This document shows, in pieces, positions 9,346-20,417 of a stretch of 28,921 bases of DNA (positions are counted from its first letter, which is position 1; each line of letters begins with the position of its first letter). This stretch comes from Octopus sinensis. Lineage: Eukaryota. The notes beneath the pieces are model-generated. The model did no database searches. It saw only the letters and a program-made list of their open reading frames with translations, and had not been told where the DNA came from. The position numbers were made by a program, and so were the translations under genes. The stretch is from the NCBI RefSeq assembly GCF_006345805.1, contig NW_021836980.1, positions 1 through 28,921 on the forward strand, in the 5' to 3' direction.

Positions 9346-9730
9346 TTTACTCTTTTTGCTTGTTCCAGTCATTTGACTGCGGCCATGCTGGAGCACCACC
9401 TTTAGTCGAGCAAATCGACCCCCAGGACTTATTCTTTGTAAACCTAGTACTTATTCTATCTGTCTTTTTTTTTTACCGAACCGCTAACTTACGGGGACGT
9501 AAACACACCACCATCGGTTGTCAAGCGATGTTGGGGAGGGGGGTGCAAACATAAACACACAAACGTATACACACACACACATACATATACATGTATACGA
9601 CGGGCTTGTTTCAGTTTCCGTCTACCAAATCCACTCACAAAGGCTTTGGTCAGTCCGAGGTGCCACGCAGTGGGACTGAACCCGGAACCATGTGGTTGGT
9701 AAGCAAGCTACTTACCACACAACCACTCCT
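9346..9730 (-). mobile_element. SINE family A, near full length with an internal deletion
   Basis: Reverse complement of 5501-5909, lacking part of the middle segment. Confidence 0.9.
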
Positions 9731-9861
9731 ATCTCAGTATCATAATTGACTCAAATGGCTTATATTTAGTTTGTTTGTTTGTTTGTTTGCTTGTTTTTCG
9801 GTTGATCTCTCACTTTAAATGTCCAATACTTTTAACACTATTTCCTACTTGTACAAGTACA

Positions 9862-9899
<38 letters not shown>

Positions 9900-10065
9900 A
9901 GAGAAAGAGAGAGAAAGAGAAGGGGAGAAGGAGCGAGAGGATGTGTGTGTGTGTGTGTGTATGTGTATGTGCGTGTGTATACGTGTGTATAAGTGTCTGA
10001 AGATGTGCACATCTGAGAGTATGCGTACATATATAATATGTATGAATACGCACACATATACATTT

Positions 10066-10162
10066 ACATATACAGATGTGTGTATATATGTGTATATATA
10101 ATCTATGTATGTGTGGGTGTAGTATGGTGTGTGGTGCGTATGTACATATATATATACATATA

Positions 10163-10207
<45 letters not shown>

Positions 10208-10575
10208 TATATATGTACACACACACAATACATATATATGTATATACTACATAAAAAACGTCGCCCTTTTCAAGCCTAGCCAGGCCAATGGGCCCGGTTT
10301 CCCGGTTTCTTAGCGTATGTGTTCCTGTAGCATTATGTGGTATGTGGTACACACATACACACATATGTAAAGTATGTATAAATACGTACATGCGTATATA
10401 TGTATGCAGGTAGATATATAAATATATATGTATATATATATATATATGTAATATATATATGCATATATATGTATATATATATGTATATGTATATATAGTA
10501 TATATATGTATATATATATATGCATATATTGCATATATATATATGCGTGTATACTTTATATATATATTTGTATGT

Positions 10576-10617
<42 letters not shown>

Positions 10618-10700
10618 TATATATACAAAAGTATATACGCTTGTATATGCCTTCATATATAAGCACATATATCCACACATATATACACACTCAGACACAA
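10066..10700. repeat. Compound (TA)n/(TG)n/(CA)n microsatellite region containing a SINE C 3' tail at 10258-10325
   Basis: Direct reading. CGCCCTTTTCAAGCCTAGCCAGGC..ATGGGCCCGGTTTCCC matches 21650-21715. Confidence 0.85.
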
Positions 10701-11050
10701 ACACTCGGCACACACACACACACTTACAAAATTCTGCCTCACCCCCGCAAAGGGGCCCAGCCCTTCTGCAAAGCAATACAGAAATGCATTAATTAGCAAA
10801 ATGACAAATTTCCTCGACTCCCACACCCTAATCAACAGGGATCACTCCTTTGACTTTTAGAGAAAGGAAGAAAGGGGTCGAGCTGACATTTACTTTGCTG
10901 ATCCCTGTTTCTAAACCCCTTTAAATACATTATACACAATCCAATCAGTGACAGTCATGTGTGGGTGGTCTCCTGCAGATAACAGTTTTCTGAATATGAC
11001 ATAGTAATGTCGTCAGGGAGGGGCACAATTGGTGTGAATCATGTAATTAG

Positions 11051-11052
11051 AA

Positions 11053-11115
<63 letters not shown>

Positions 11116-11266
11116 CATTATTATTATTATCATTATTATTATTATTATTATTTTTTACTACTATTATTTTTATTATTTTTTTACTATTATTTTTATTATT
11201 ATTCTTTTTATATAAATTTTTTGTTTTATTATTATTATTATTATATTATTATATTATTATATTATT
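11051..11266. repeat. (TTA)n microsatellite
   Basis: Direct reading; source of the poly-L ORF 11007..11342. Confidence 0.95.
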
Positions 11267-11447
11267 AAGGCAGCGAGCTGGCAGAATCGTTAGCACGCCG
11301 GGCAAAATGCTTAGCAGTATTTCGTCTGCCCCTACGTTCTGAGTTCAATTTCCGCCGAGGTCAACTTTGCCTTTCATCCTTTCGGGGTCGATTAAATAAG
11401 TACCAGTTACTCACTGGAGTCGATATAATCGACTTAATCCGTTTGTC
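11267..11447 (+). mobile_element. SINE family B, complete head, 3'-truncated and fused to an RTE LINE
   Basis: AAGGCAGCGAGCTGGCAGAATCGTTAGC head. Homology to 17313 onward stops at AATCCGTTTGTC. Confidence 0.9.
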
Positions 11448-11911
11448 ACAAAGGCGTATGAGATGGCTTGGGCATGTTAGTCGTATGGAAGATGGCAGAA
11501 TCCCCAAAGACATACTCTACGGAGTGCTTGCAAGGGGCACTAGGTCTGTTGGAAGACTGTTCTTACGATACAAGGATGTTTGCAAAAGGGACATGAAGGC
11601 CTGCGACATCAATATTAGCAACCGTGGAGATTGGCGACGCACCTTAAAAGAGGGAACACAAAGGAGTGAGAGAGAAAGAGAGAGGAGAAATGGAAAGACA
11701 AGAAAAGACGTCAACAAGAAACTATGACATTACAACCAGCCAGGCAAAGTCTTCACTACATTTGCGGTACTTGCCAGGGGGGGGTGTTTGTCCAGGATAG
11801 GACTACACAGCCACAGCAGGAGATGTATTAGGACATGGAATGTAAAAACAGGACTGGATTATTTTATGCGCAACTCCATTGTCTCCCGAGACAAAAAGGA
11901 TGCTACCAACA
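11443..11911 (+). mobile_element. 5'-truncated RTE-clade LINE: ORF2 C-terminus plus 3' UTR (pseudogenised)
   Basis: QRRMRWLGHVSRMEDGRIPKDILYG..GTRSVGR...RYKDVCKRDMK. After frameshifts it continues YICGTC...CLSRIGLHSHSRRC, the C-terminal Cys/His motif of RTE ORF2. It ends in CCATTGTCTCCCGAGAC..GGATGCTACCAAC. Confidence 0.9.
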
Positions 11912-11944
11912 TACATGCATATATATAGAGAGAAAGAGTGAAAG

Positions 11945-12075
11945 AGGCTTCCGTATGCTTTGCATCTACAAACTTCGCCCACAAGGCATTAATCAGATCA
12001 AGGAACAGTTGAAGACAGTTGACCAAGGTGGCCCACAATGAACTGATTCCAACCAAAACTTCACAGTACCAGAGC
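11945..12075 (-). mobile_element. Old, diverged SINE family A fragment
   Basis: CACAAGGCATTAATC...CCAAGGTGGCCCACAATGAACTGA aligns loosely to the reverse complement of the A middle and head. Confidence 0.55.
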
Positions 12076-12519
12076 ATATATCTTTGGAAAGATACTGTTA
12101 CCATGACAGCCATCTTTTATAGGGGTTATCTGGAAGTCTATTATCTCATGTCCTTTCCCTTTGTGAAGAGAGGTTGATTTCAGAGAGACTTAGCTGCTAT
12201 TTCTAGCAAGTTTGGCAACACCACACAGGTTCCCCTCGTTTGGCAAAGGTATTAGCAGGAGCTGTGTATTATATGTCAAAAAATCAAAGGGCTGACTGTG
12301 GCATCTACACTAATTTGGTATTAATAATGAGTGAGTTTGTCTTTGCGGCATTCCTGTGGTATTTTCAAAGTGTAAAAAACAAAACAATACAAGAAAAACA
12401 AAACAAAAACAATTGAAGAATACATGAATGTATTATGTTCGGAGTAACACGTGTGTGTGTGTGTGTATACATACATATATATACACACATACATACGTAC
12501 ACACACATATGCATGTATA

Positions 12520-12527
12520 TGTGTACA

Positions 12528-12572
<45 letters not shown>

Positions 12573-12621
12573 CTAGCTATATATATATATTATATATATA
12601 GCTAGCTAGCTAGATAGATAA

Positions 12622-12678
<57 letters not shown>

Positions 12679-12794
12679 ATATATTCACATATATAGCTAC
12701 ATGCACATATATGTACACATTATATGTGTATATATATGTGTGTGTGCGTGTGTGTGTGTGTATAAATATGTATGTATATTTATATAAATAAATA

Positions 12795-12832
<38 letters not shown>

Positions 12833-13063
12833 TAGATTATAGATATATAGCTAGCTAGATGGCTAGATAGATAGATAGATAGATAGAATAGATAGATAGA
12901 TAGAATAGATAGATAGGTAGATAGATAGATAGTAGATAGATAGATAGATAGATGATAGATAGATATAGATAGATAGAAGATATATAGATAGAGTAGATAG
13001 ATAGATAGATAGTATAGATAGATAGATAGGTAGTAGTAGATAGAAGATAGATAGATAGATAGG

Positions 13064-13113
<50 letters not shown>

Positions 13114-13400
13114 TGCACATATATAGCTACATGCACATATATGTACACATTTATGTGTGTATATATATATATATATATGTGTGTGTATGTGTATGTATAA
13201 ATATGTATGTATATTTATATAAATAAAAAATGATAATATATATGATGTACATATACATGTATACGTGTGAATGTAATTATATAAATACATATGCATTATA
13301 TACATACACACACACATAAACACACATGCACATACATGTACATATATACATATAAATGTATGCATGCATGCATGTATGTATATACATATGTGTGTGTGTG
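12520..13400. repeat. Compound (TA)n/(GATA)n/(TG)n array with an internal ~430-bp tandem duplication
   Basis: A 36-bp complex core is identical at 12686-12721 and 13116-13151. Confidence 0.9.
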
Positions 13401-13904
13401 AGTGTATGTAACTATAAGTGAGTGTATAGAAACTTTGAAGAAAAGAAAAACTATATTACAATGAAAATAAGGCAACAACACCATAAACAAAAACAAAAAA
13501 AATAAAGCAAAAAACAAGGAAAACAGCATTAACAAACAAAAAGTGAAAGACTCTAAAAAAACAACAAAAAAACAAAAGAACAAAACAAAGAAGCATTCTT
13601 TACCATTATTTGAAGAACTGACAGATTGCAACAGTCCATAGCTGTAAACATCTTGAATAGCTTCGCAATGGCTTTATCACAGATGGTTGCAACCATCAAA
13701 TGTGTAGGGAACAACATACTTTCTATAATGTGCATATACGCATGCATATATGTTATGCAATCAAATGCAGAAAGGAAATGAAGCTGTTTGCACAAACAAA
13801 AGCTTCTTCTGTGTTTGTTTGTTTGTTTGAAAGATGTGCATCGTTCAGATGCAAATGCAGTGTGCACATTTGCAGCAATGGATGTACCAGATTTACATGT
13901 GCAT

Positions 13905-14855
13905 AAGTTGCACTTCTTATGTTGTTTGACTTCCCTCTTTCCTTCAGGTTTCTACTCTCACTCTTGTCTTGGAGGTCTCTTTCGAAGGTGACCCCAGCCT
14001 CATTTTCCTTTTAAGGAATTCTTCATTGATGAGAGTCTGGTTCCATACTATCCCACATACTATTTCTGTTTGAAATTTTGTCTGAGAACCAGATCTTGAA
14101 GACATAGTGCAGACATCACTCCATAAAGAGCACAGGGCTATTCATGCCAGGCGATATGATCTTGGACTACCTCCTTGATTTCAGGCCAAGAAAGCCAGGC
14201 TACTTTCACTTCATCTTCCAGGCTTCCTTTCCAGGTCTTCTTCCTGTTGTTTGTTCCTTCTTGAGCCATGCTTGGCTCATAAGGGCCGGTTTCCCTGTTC
14301 CTATTCCATTGGCATATAGGTTCCCCACCTGGACAGGACGCCGGTCAGTCTCAGGTGAGCTACTAGATGCAGTAGAAAAAAGTGAGAAAAAGTTATGGTG
14401 AATGAATCAGCAGTGGTTCGCCATTACCTTCTGTCAGAGCTGCATGGATCTTAAGAGTTTTGCTCATAAACATACACATCGCCCAGTCTGAGATTCGAAG
14501 CCATGATCTCTTGACCACGAGTCCACTACTCTATCCATTAGGCCATGTGCCCCTCCACTAGGTCTTCTTAGGTCACCCAACTTTCCTCTTTCTTTCAGGG
14601 TGTTGGTCTAACACTTGTCTCGCAATGCTTCTTGGAGGTCCCCTTAGAATGTGCCCGACCAAACCCCATTTCCTTTCCAGAATTTCTTGATTGATGGGAG
14701 TTTGGTTCATTCTATCCCACAGACCCCTGTTTGTTATTTCTTCCGGCCACCAGATTCTGAGGATGTAGCAACAAACATTACTTCCATGAGAAGCATAGGG
14801 TCACAACCATTTCATGCCAGTCGATGCAATCTTAGGCTATCCCTTTGATTTTTGA
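13905..14855 (-). mobile_element. Head-to-tail decayed RTE-clade LINE 3' fragments (tail, ~335-bp unit, partial unit), interrupted by SINE C
   Basis: Minus-strand translation: CYILRIWWPEEITNRGLWDRMNQTPINQEILERKWGLVGHILRGPPRSIARQVLDQHPERKRKVG*PKKT|WKGSLEDEVKVAWLSWPEIKEVVQDHIAW, matching the RTE ORF2 C-terminus. The region is repeated from 14114 leftward. Confidence 0.85.
14243..14559 (-). mobile_element. SINE family C, full length, with 10-bp TSD
   Basis: tRNA-like head GGCCTAATGG...GCTTCGAATC. TSD AGGTCTTCTT at 14233-14242 and 14560-14569. Removing the SINE restores the RTE motif PKKTW. Confidence 0.9.
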
Positions 14856-14858
14856 TTT

Positions 14859-15183
14859 TTGGCAAAAGAGACCAATAGAACAAGTATGAGGCCATGCTTA
14901 CAAAAAATGAATACTGGAGTCAATTCCCTTGGCTAAAAATTGTTCAAGGCAGTGCCCCAGCATGGCCACAGTCTAATGTCTGAAGCAAGTAGAAGATAAA
15001 AAGATGTGGTAAGTAGGTTCCTTACCAACCACATGGTTGTGGTTTCAGTCCCACTGCATGGCACCTTGGGCAAGTGTATTCTACTATAGCCTCGGGCCGA
15101 CCAGAACCTTGTGAGTGGATTTGGTAGACGGAAACTGAACGAAGCCCGTCGTATATATGTATATATATAAATATATATATATG

Positions 15184-15239
<56 letters not shown>

Positions 15240-15469
15240 TGTGTCTATGTTTGTCCTCCCACCATTGCTTGACAACCGATGTTGGTGTGTTCACGTCCCC
15301 ATACCTCAGCGACTCCGCAAAAGAGAACTAATAGAACAAGTACTGGGCTTACAAAGAATAAGTCCTGGTGGTGGGGGGAAAAGGGTGCGATTTGTTCGAC
15401 TAAAAGGCAGTGTGCTCCAGCATGGCCCGCAGTCAAACGACTGAAACGAATTAAAGAACATAAGAATAG
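14859..15469 (+). mobile_element. SINE family A 3' domain (14859-15003) followed by a near-full-length A copy (15004-15469)
   Basis: Homology to 5501-5909. Confidence 0.88.
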
Positions 15470-15914
15470 CAAACGCAGACTCAGATTTTTTTGATTTTTT
15501 TTTTCTGGAGGTGGAATGGGCCAAACACACACACACACACACATTTATATCATCAGGGTCTACAGAGATTCCTGGAAGTTTCTGAAGAATGATATTCTAC
15601 GCGTAAACCAAAACATTGACAATTTACTATTGCCTCCACCCCCCATTTCCACCTCCCCTCCTTTCTCCCTGCTCGCTTTCTCTTGGCATTGGTGTAGATA
15701 TAGAATAACAGGCATTTGGCAATTTTGTTCTATCTCCAAGTGTTGCCAGACTTAAGGGTTAGGTTCCCATAAAAAAAGGAAAAAAAAAAATAGGAGAGAA
15801 AGGGACAAGCTAAAATAAGTCATGTGGAAAATGTGTTGGAATGAAATAGGGTTGCAAACAGCTTTGAAGTGAAAGGTTAACACCCACCAGAAGCAAGGGT
15901 CCCCCTCCATTGTA

Positions 15915-16071
15915 TGTGTGTGAGTGCGTGTGTATATATGAATATATGTATGTATAGATATATGTATATATGTATATGTATATATATATGTATGTACATA
16001 TATAATATTACATATATATATATACATTATAGATAAATATATATATATACATATATATATATTATATATAC

Positions 16072-16104
<33 letters not shown>

Positions 16105-16242
16105 CATATATATGTATATATGTATATACATATATATATATATACATACATATATATGTATATATATAAATATATATATACATTATATATATATATATAT
16201 TGTACATATATATGTATATATACATATATATATATGTGCATA

Positions 16243-16286
<44 letters not shown>

Positions 16287-16420
16287 ATATATTATATATA
16301 TATATATATATTATATATATGTAATATATATATATATACATATTTTCTTTATATAAAAAGATAGATGTATACTTATATAAGCACGAGTATATACATATAT
16401 ATACACACATGCACCACCTA
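15915..16420. repeat. (TA)n-rich microsatellite array
   Basis: Direct reading. Confidence 0.95.
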
Positions 16421-16469
16421 ATTCTACTAAACTATTTCTTTGCATCACTGCACACCACAGTATGTCACT

Positions 16470-16491
16470 GATACAGACACACATGCAAACA

Positions 16492-16560
<69 letters not shown>

Positions 16561-17160
16561 ACACACACACACACAATGAAATATTCAATGCTCTGTCTAA
16601 CTCCATTTCCCTACCAACAACGCTATCCCCATTGCCACCGTCAGCATCAAGTTCCTTCCCCTCCTCCTCACCATCATCATCATCAGCAGCAGCAGCAACC
16701 TCCACCATTCTCGCCAATCACCAACACTATCATCATTTTCATCATCGTCATCCCACCACCACCACCACTATCACGTCCATCGTCATCGTTACGACTATTG
16801 TAATCATCGTCACCACCGTTACCATCATTACTCACACCACCACCATCATCACCGTCATCGTCATCATCACCATCATCATCATCATCACCATCATCATCAC
16901 CGTCATCATTATCATCACTGCCATTATCATCATCATCATCATCACCGTCATCATTATCATAACCATCATCATCATCATTATCATCATCAGCATCATCATC
17001 ATCAGTACGGTCATCATCATCATCATCATCGCCATCATCATCGCCATCATCATCATCATCATTATCATCATCATCATCATCACCGTCATCACCACCATCA
17101 TCATCATCATCATCGCCATCATTATCCTCACCGTCATCATTGCCGTTGACATCTTCATCA
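16470..17160. repeat. (CA)n followed by a degenerate (CAT/CAC)n trinucleotide array
   Basis: Direct reading; source of the poly-I and poly-M ORFs. Confidence 0.95.
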
Positions 17161-17312
17161 AAATCCTCTTAAATACGAGTTTCGTTCTGCGAGAAATTCT
17201 GGATGGAGACTGACATGGGAAATTACTAATCTACTTAATTAATATCGCAGTAAATATTAAGTTAATTAATATCACCGTGAATAACAAGTGAATTGAGATT
17301 TTAGTGAGTTCT

Positions 17313-17745
17313 AAGGCGGCGAGCTGGCAGAAACGTTAGCGCGCCGGGCGAAATGCTTAGCCGTATTCCGTCTGCCGTTTCGTTCTGAGTTCAAATTCCG
17401 CCGAGGTCGACTTTGCCTTTCATCCTTTCGGGGTCGATTAAATATGTACCAGTTACGCACTGGGGTCGGTATAATCGACTTAATCCGTTTGACTGTCCTT
17501 GTTTGTCCCCCTCTGTGTTTAGCCCCTTGTAGGCAATAAAGAAATAAGAAACGTTATAGCATGCCGGACAAAATGCTTGGTAGTATTTCGTTCGTCTTTA
17601 TGTTCTGAGTTCAAATTCCGCCGAGGTCGACTTTGCCTTTCGTCGATAAATTAAATACCAGTTGCGTACTGAGGTCGATCTAATCGACTGTCCCCCTCCC
17701 CAAAAATTTCGGGCCTTGTACCTAGACTATAAAAGAATATTTTAG
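17313..17745 (+). mobile_element. SINE family B dimer (head-core-tail1-core-tail2)
   Basis: AAGGCGGCGAGCTGGCAGAAACGTTAGC head and B-box-like GAGTTCAAATTCC present twice. Confidence 0.92.
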
Positions 17746-17817
17746 TGAATTCTGCCTGATTGACTTATAAACTTTATTAATTAGTGGTTGTAAATAACTA
17801 ACACATTACGTTTAACA

Positions 17818-18170
17818 AGTTGTGGAGTGTTGTGAGAGTTGCAAAGCGTTGTGAACTATTGTGGAGTGTTTGGGAGTGTTGTGGAGTATTATGGAGTGTT
17901 GTAAAGTGTTGTGGTTAATTTGGAGTGTTTGGGAACGTTGTGAAAATTGTTAATTGTTGTGAAGTGTTGCGGAGTGTTTGGAAGTGTTGCGAGTGTTGTA
18001 AAGTATTGTGGAGTACTGTGGAGTGTTGTGGGAGTTGTAAAGCGCGCTGGAGTATTGTAGAGTGTTTGTGAGAGTTGTGAAATATTGTGAGTGTTTTGGA
18101 GTGTTGTGGAGTGTTTGAGATTGTTTTGGATGGTGTTGTGAAATATTGTGAAATGTTGAGAAATGTCCTT
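17818..18170. repeat. Degenerate 10-bp minisatellite (GAGTGTTGTG consensus)
   Basis: About 35 diverged units read directly. Confidence 0.85.
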
Positions 18171-18199
18171 GATGGAACGAAAGGCTTTGATGTGGAATA

Positions 18200-18528
18200 A
18201 GATAGAGAGAGAGTGAAAGTGAGCGAGAAAGTAAGAGAGAAACGCAAAGAGTGAGAGAGAGAGACAGACAGCGTGAGACAAAGACAGCTAGAGAGACAGA
18301 GGGTAAGAGAGAGAGAGAGAGTGAGAGACAGGAAGGAAGGCAGATAGGGAACGATAAAAGTAGTGAATGCAAAACTGAGACAGAGAGGGAGAGAGAGAGA
18401 GAGAGAGATGGAGAGAGAGAGAGAGAGAGAGACGTGAGGGGCAAGGAAGTGATGTAGAAGTAGAGAGTTCAGAGCAGAATCACAAAGAGCGAGAGAAATA
18501 GAGAGGATGAAGTAGATAAGTAGATAAG

Positions 18529-18568
<40 letters not shown>

Positions 18569-18660
18569 AAGAAAGAGAGAGTGAATGCAAAAAAAAAGGA
18601 ACCAGAAAGAGAGAGAGAGAAAGAGAAGGGCGATAGAGAGATTAAGAGAGGAGGGGGGAA
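18200..18660. repeat. (GA)n/(GATA)n purine-rich compound microsatellite
   Basis: Direct reading. Confidence 0.9.
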
Positions 18661-19002
18661 GAGATTTTTACAGAGTAAGAGAAGAAGGTGCGATAAAAAG
18701 AAAGAAAAAAATATTTTATATTTTACCAAATCGAGTCATGCAACTGCTATTTTAACAATCTTAATTGCTTCCAAGACGGGACAGAAAACAGCAGGAAATT
18801 TGATTTATTTTCTTTGCTAGAGGTGTTTCTATGTAGAATGAAGAAGTCGAGTGGAAATAACAGGAAAGAAATGCAGAGAGCTACCACTGCTTCGTCGTCT
18901 GCTTGCAACAAGTTAACAGTTTATTATATACGCCATTTTGTCATATTTGTTAAATATTTCATTCTGCTAAAGAGATAAGGGTTAGATTCCCATAAAAATG
19001 AA

Positions 19003-19720
19003 CAATTTAGGAGACAGGGGGTAGTCGATTACATCGGTTCCCCTGTGCTAGACTGGCATTTATTTTATCGATCTTGTAAGGATGAAATGTAATGTCGACC
19101 TCGGTGGAATTTGAACTACGAACGTAAATAAGGAAAAAAATACCTGTTTCTTTACTACCCACAAGGGGCTACAGAGAGGACAAACAAGGACAGATAAACG
19201 GATTAAGTCGGTTAGATCGGCTCCAGAGCGTAACTGGTACTTAATTTATCGACCCTGAAAGGGATGAACGGCAAAGTGGACCTCGGCGGAATTTGAACTC
19301 AGAACGTAGCGGCAGACGAAATACCTATTTCTTTACTACTCACAAGGGGCTAAACACAGAGGGGACAAACAAGGACAGACAGACGGATTAAGTCGATTAT
19401 ATCGACCCCAGTGCGTAACTGGTACTTAATTAATCGACCCCGAAAGGATGAAAGGCAAAGTCGACCTCGGCGGAATTTGAACTCAGAACATAAAGACAGC
19501 TGAAACGCCGTTAAGCATTTCGTGTGACACTCTGACGATTCTGACAGCTCGCCGCCTTTCTACTCTAGGCACAAGGCCTGTAATTTTGGGGAGGGTGATA
19601 GTTGATTAAATTGATCTCAGTATGTAACTGGTACTTAATTTATCGAGCCCGAAAGGATGAAAGGCAAAGTCGGCCGACGGAAATTGAACTCAGAAGGTAA
19701 CGGCAGGCGAAATACCTGTG
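19003..19720 (-). mobile_element. SINE family B trimer (19003-19558) plus an adjacent B copy (19559-19720)
   Basis: Four cores. Internal ~181-nt modules are joined at GAAATAG|GTATTTC-like junctions (near 19144 and 19325). Confidence 0.92.
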
Positions 19721-19884
19721 GGGATGAAATCCAGAGAAGGGTAAATGACATCCATCTAAGGCCGATAGCTGCGGCACAACTCACAGCAAGTTTTAACAGA
19801 GTGTAGGCTGCTCTCCCCATAGATGGAATTCACAAAAATAAAAAAGACAAGACAGTTGTGTAAACAACAAACAGGTGTATTAAT

Positions 19885-20002
19885 ATATATGACGGCCTTC
19901 TTTCAGTTTCCGTCAACCAAACGCACTCAGAAGGTGCCACGCAGTAGGACTGAACCCGGAACCATGTTGTTGGCAAGCAAGCCTCTTACCACACAGCCAC
20001 GT
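19885..20002 (-). mobile_element. SINE family A 5' half with an internal deletion
   Basis: Reverse complement of the A head and middle. Confidence 0.85.
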
Positions 20003-20403
20003 ATGTGAGTGTATATGTAAGCTCATTTATGTGTGTGTATGTGTATGCGTGTAAATATGTTATTGTTTAGTTTTATATACAGATTTCTTGCCAATGGAGA
20101 AACAAACCCATTACTAATCAAGAACCTAGGCTCCTGCGTTGAAATTTCAATAGCGTCAACGGTGTATGTACACGTGTATAGATATATGCGTGTATGTGTG
20201 TGTGTGTGTGTGTGTTTGTTTGTTTATGTGGTTGGATGGATATATATATATATGTGTGTGTGTGTATTTGTTGATGCATTTGTGTTTGAGTACACACACA
20301 CACACAAACACACACACAAACAAGCAAACATGACTTGCACTTATTTGACCTCTTATGCTCAGCCGCCATGCATTGTACATGTTAGAGCATTGTGGTACTA
20401 AGC

Positions 20404-20417
20404 TTTCCCAAGGGAAA
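20404..20417. promoter_or_regulatory. Candidate COE/EBF (Collier) palindromic binding site
   Basis: TTTCCCAAGGGAAA matches the consensus TCCCNNGGGA in a non-repeat island. Motif match only. Confidence 0.25.

Noticed and set aside
13682-13697. Perfect 16-bp palindrome GATGGTTGCAACCATC and a surrounding open minus frame (candidate exon 13598-13720)
   Set aside because: One 8-bp-arm palindrome is expected by chance in about 29 kb. The peptide has no recognisable motif and the donor site is weak.
16440-17213. 257-aa plus-strand ORF and a poly-Met minus-strand ORF
   Set aside because: (CA)n and (CAT)n microsatellites. No domain, and open on both strands.
19003-19720. Regularly spaced repeats superficially like a CRISPR array
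   Set aside because: The units are ~180-nt SINE modules with no unique spacers, no cas genes and a eukaryotic context.
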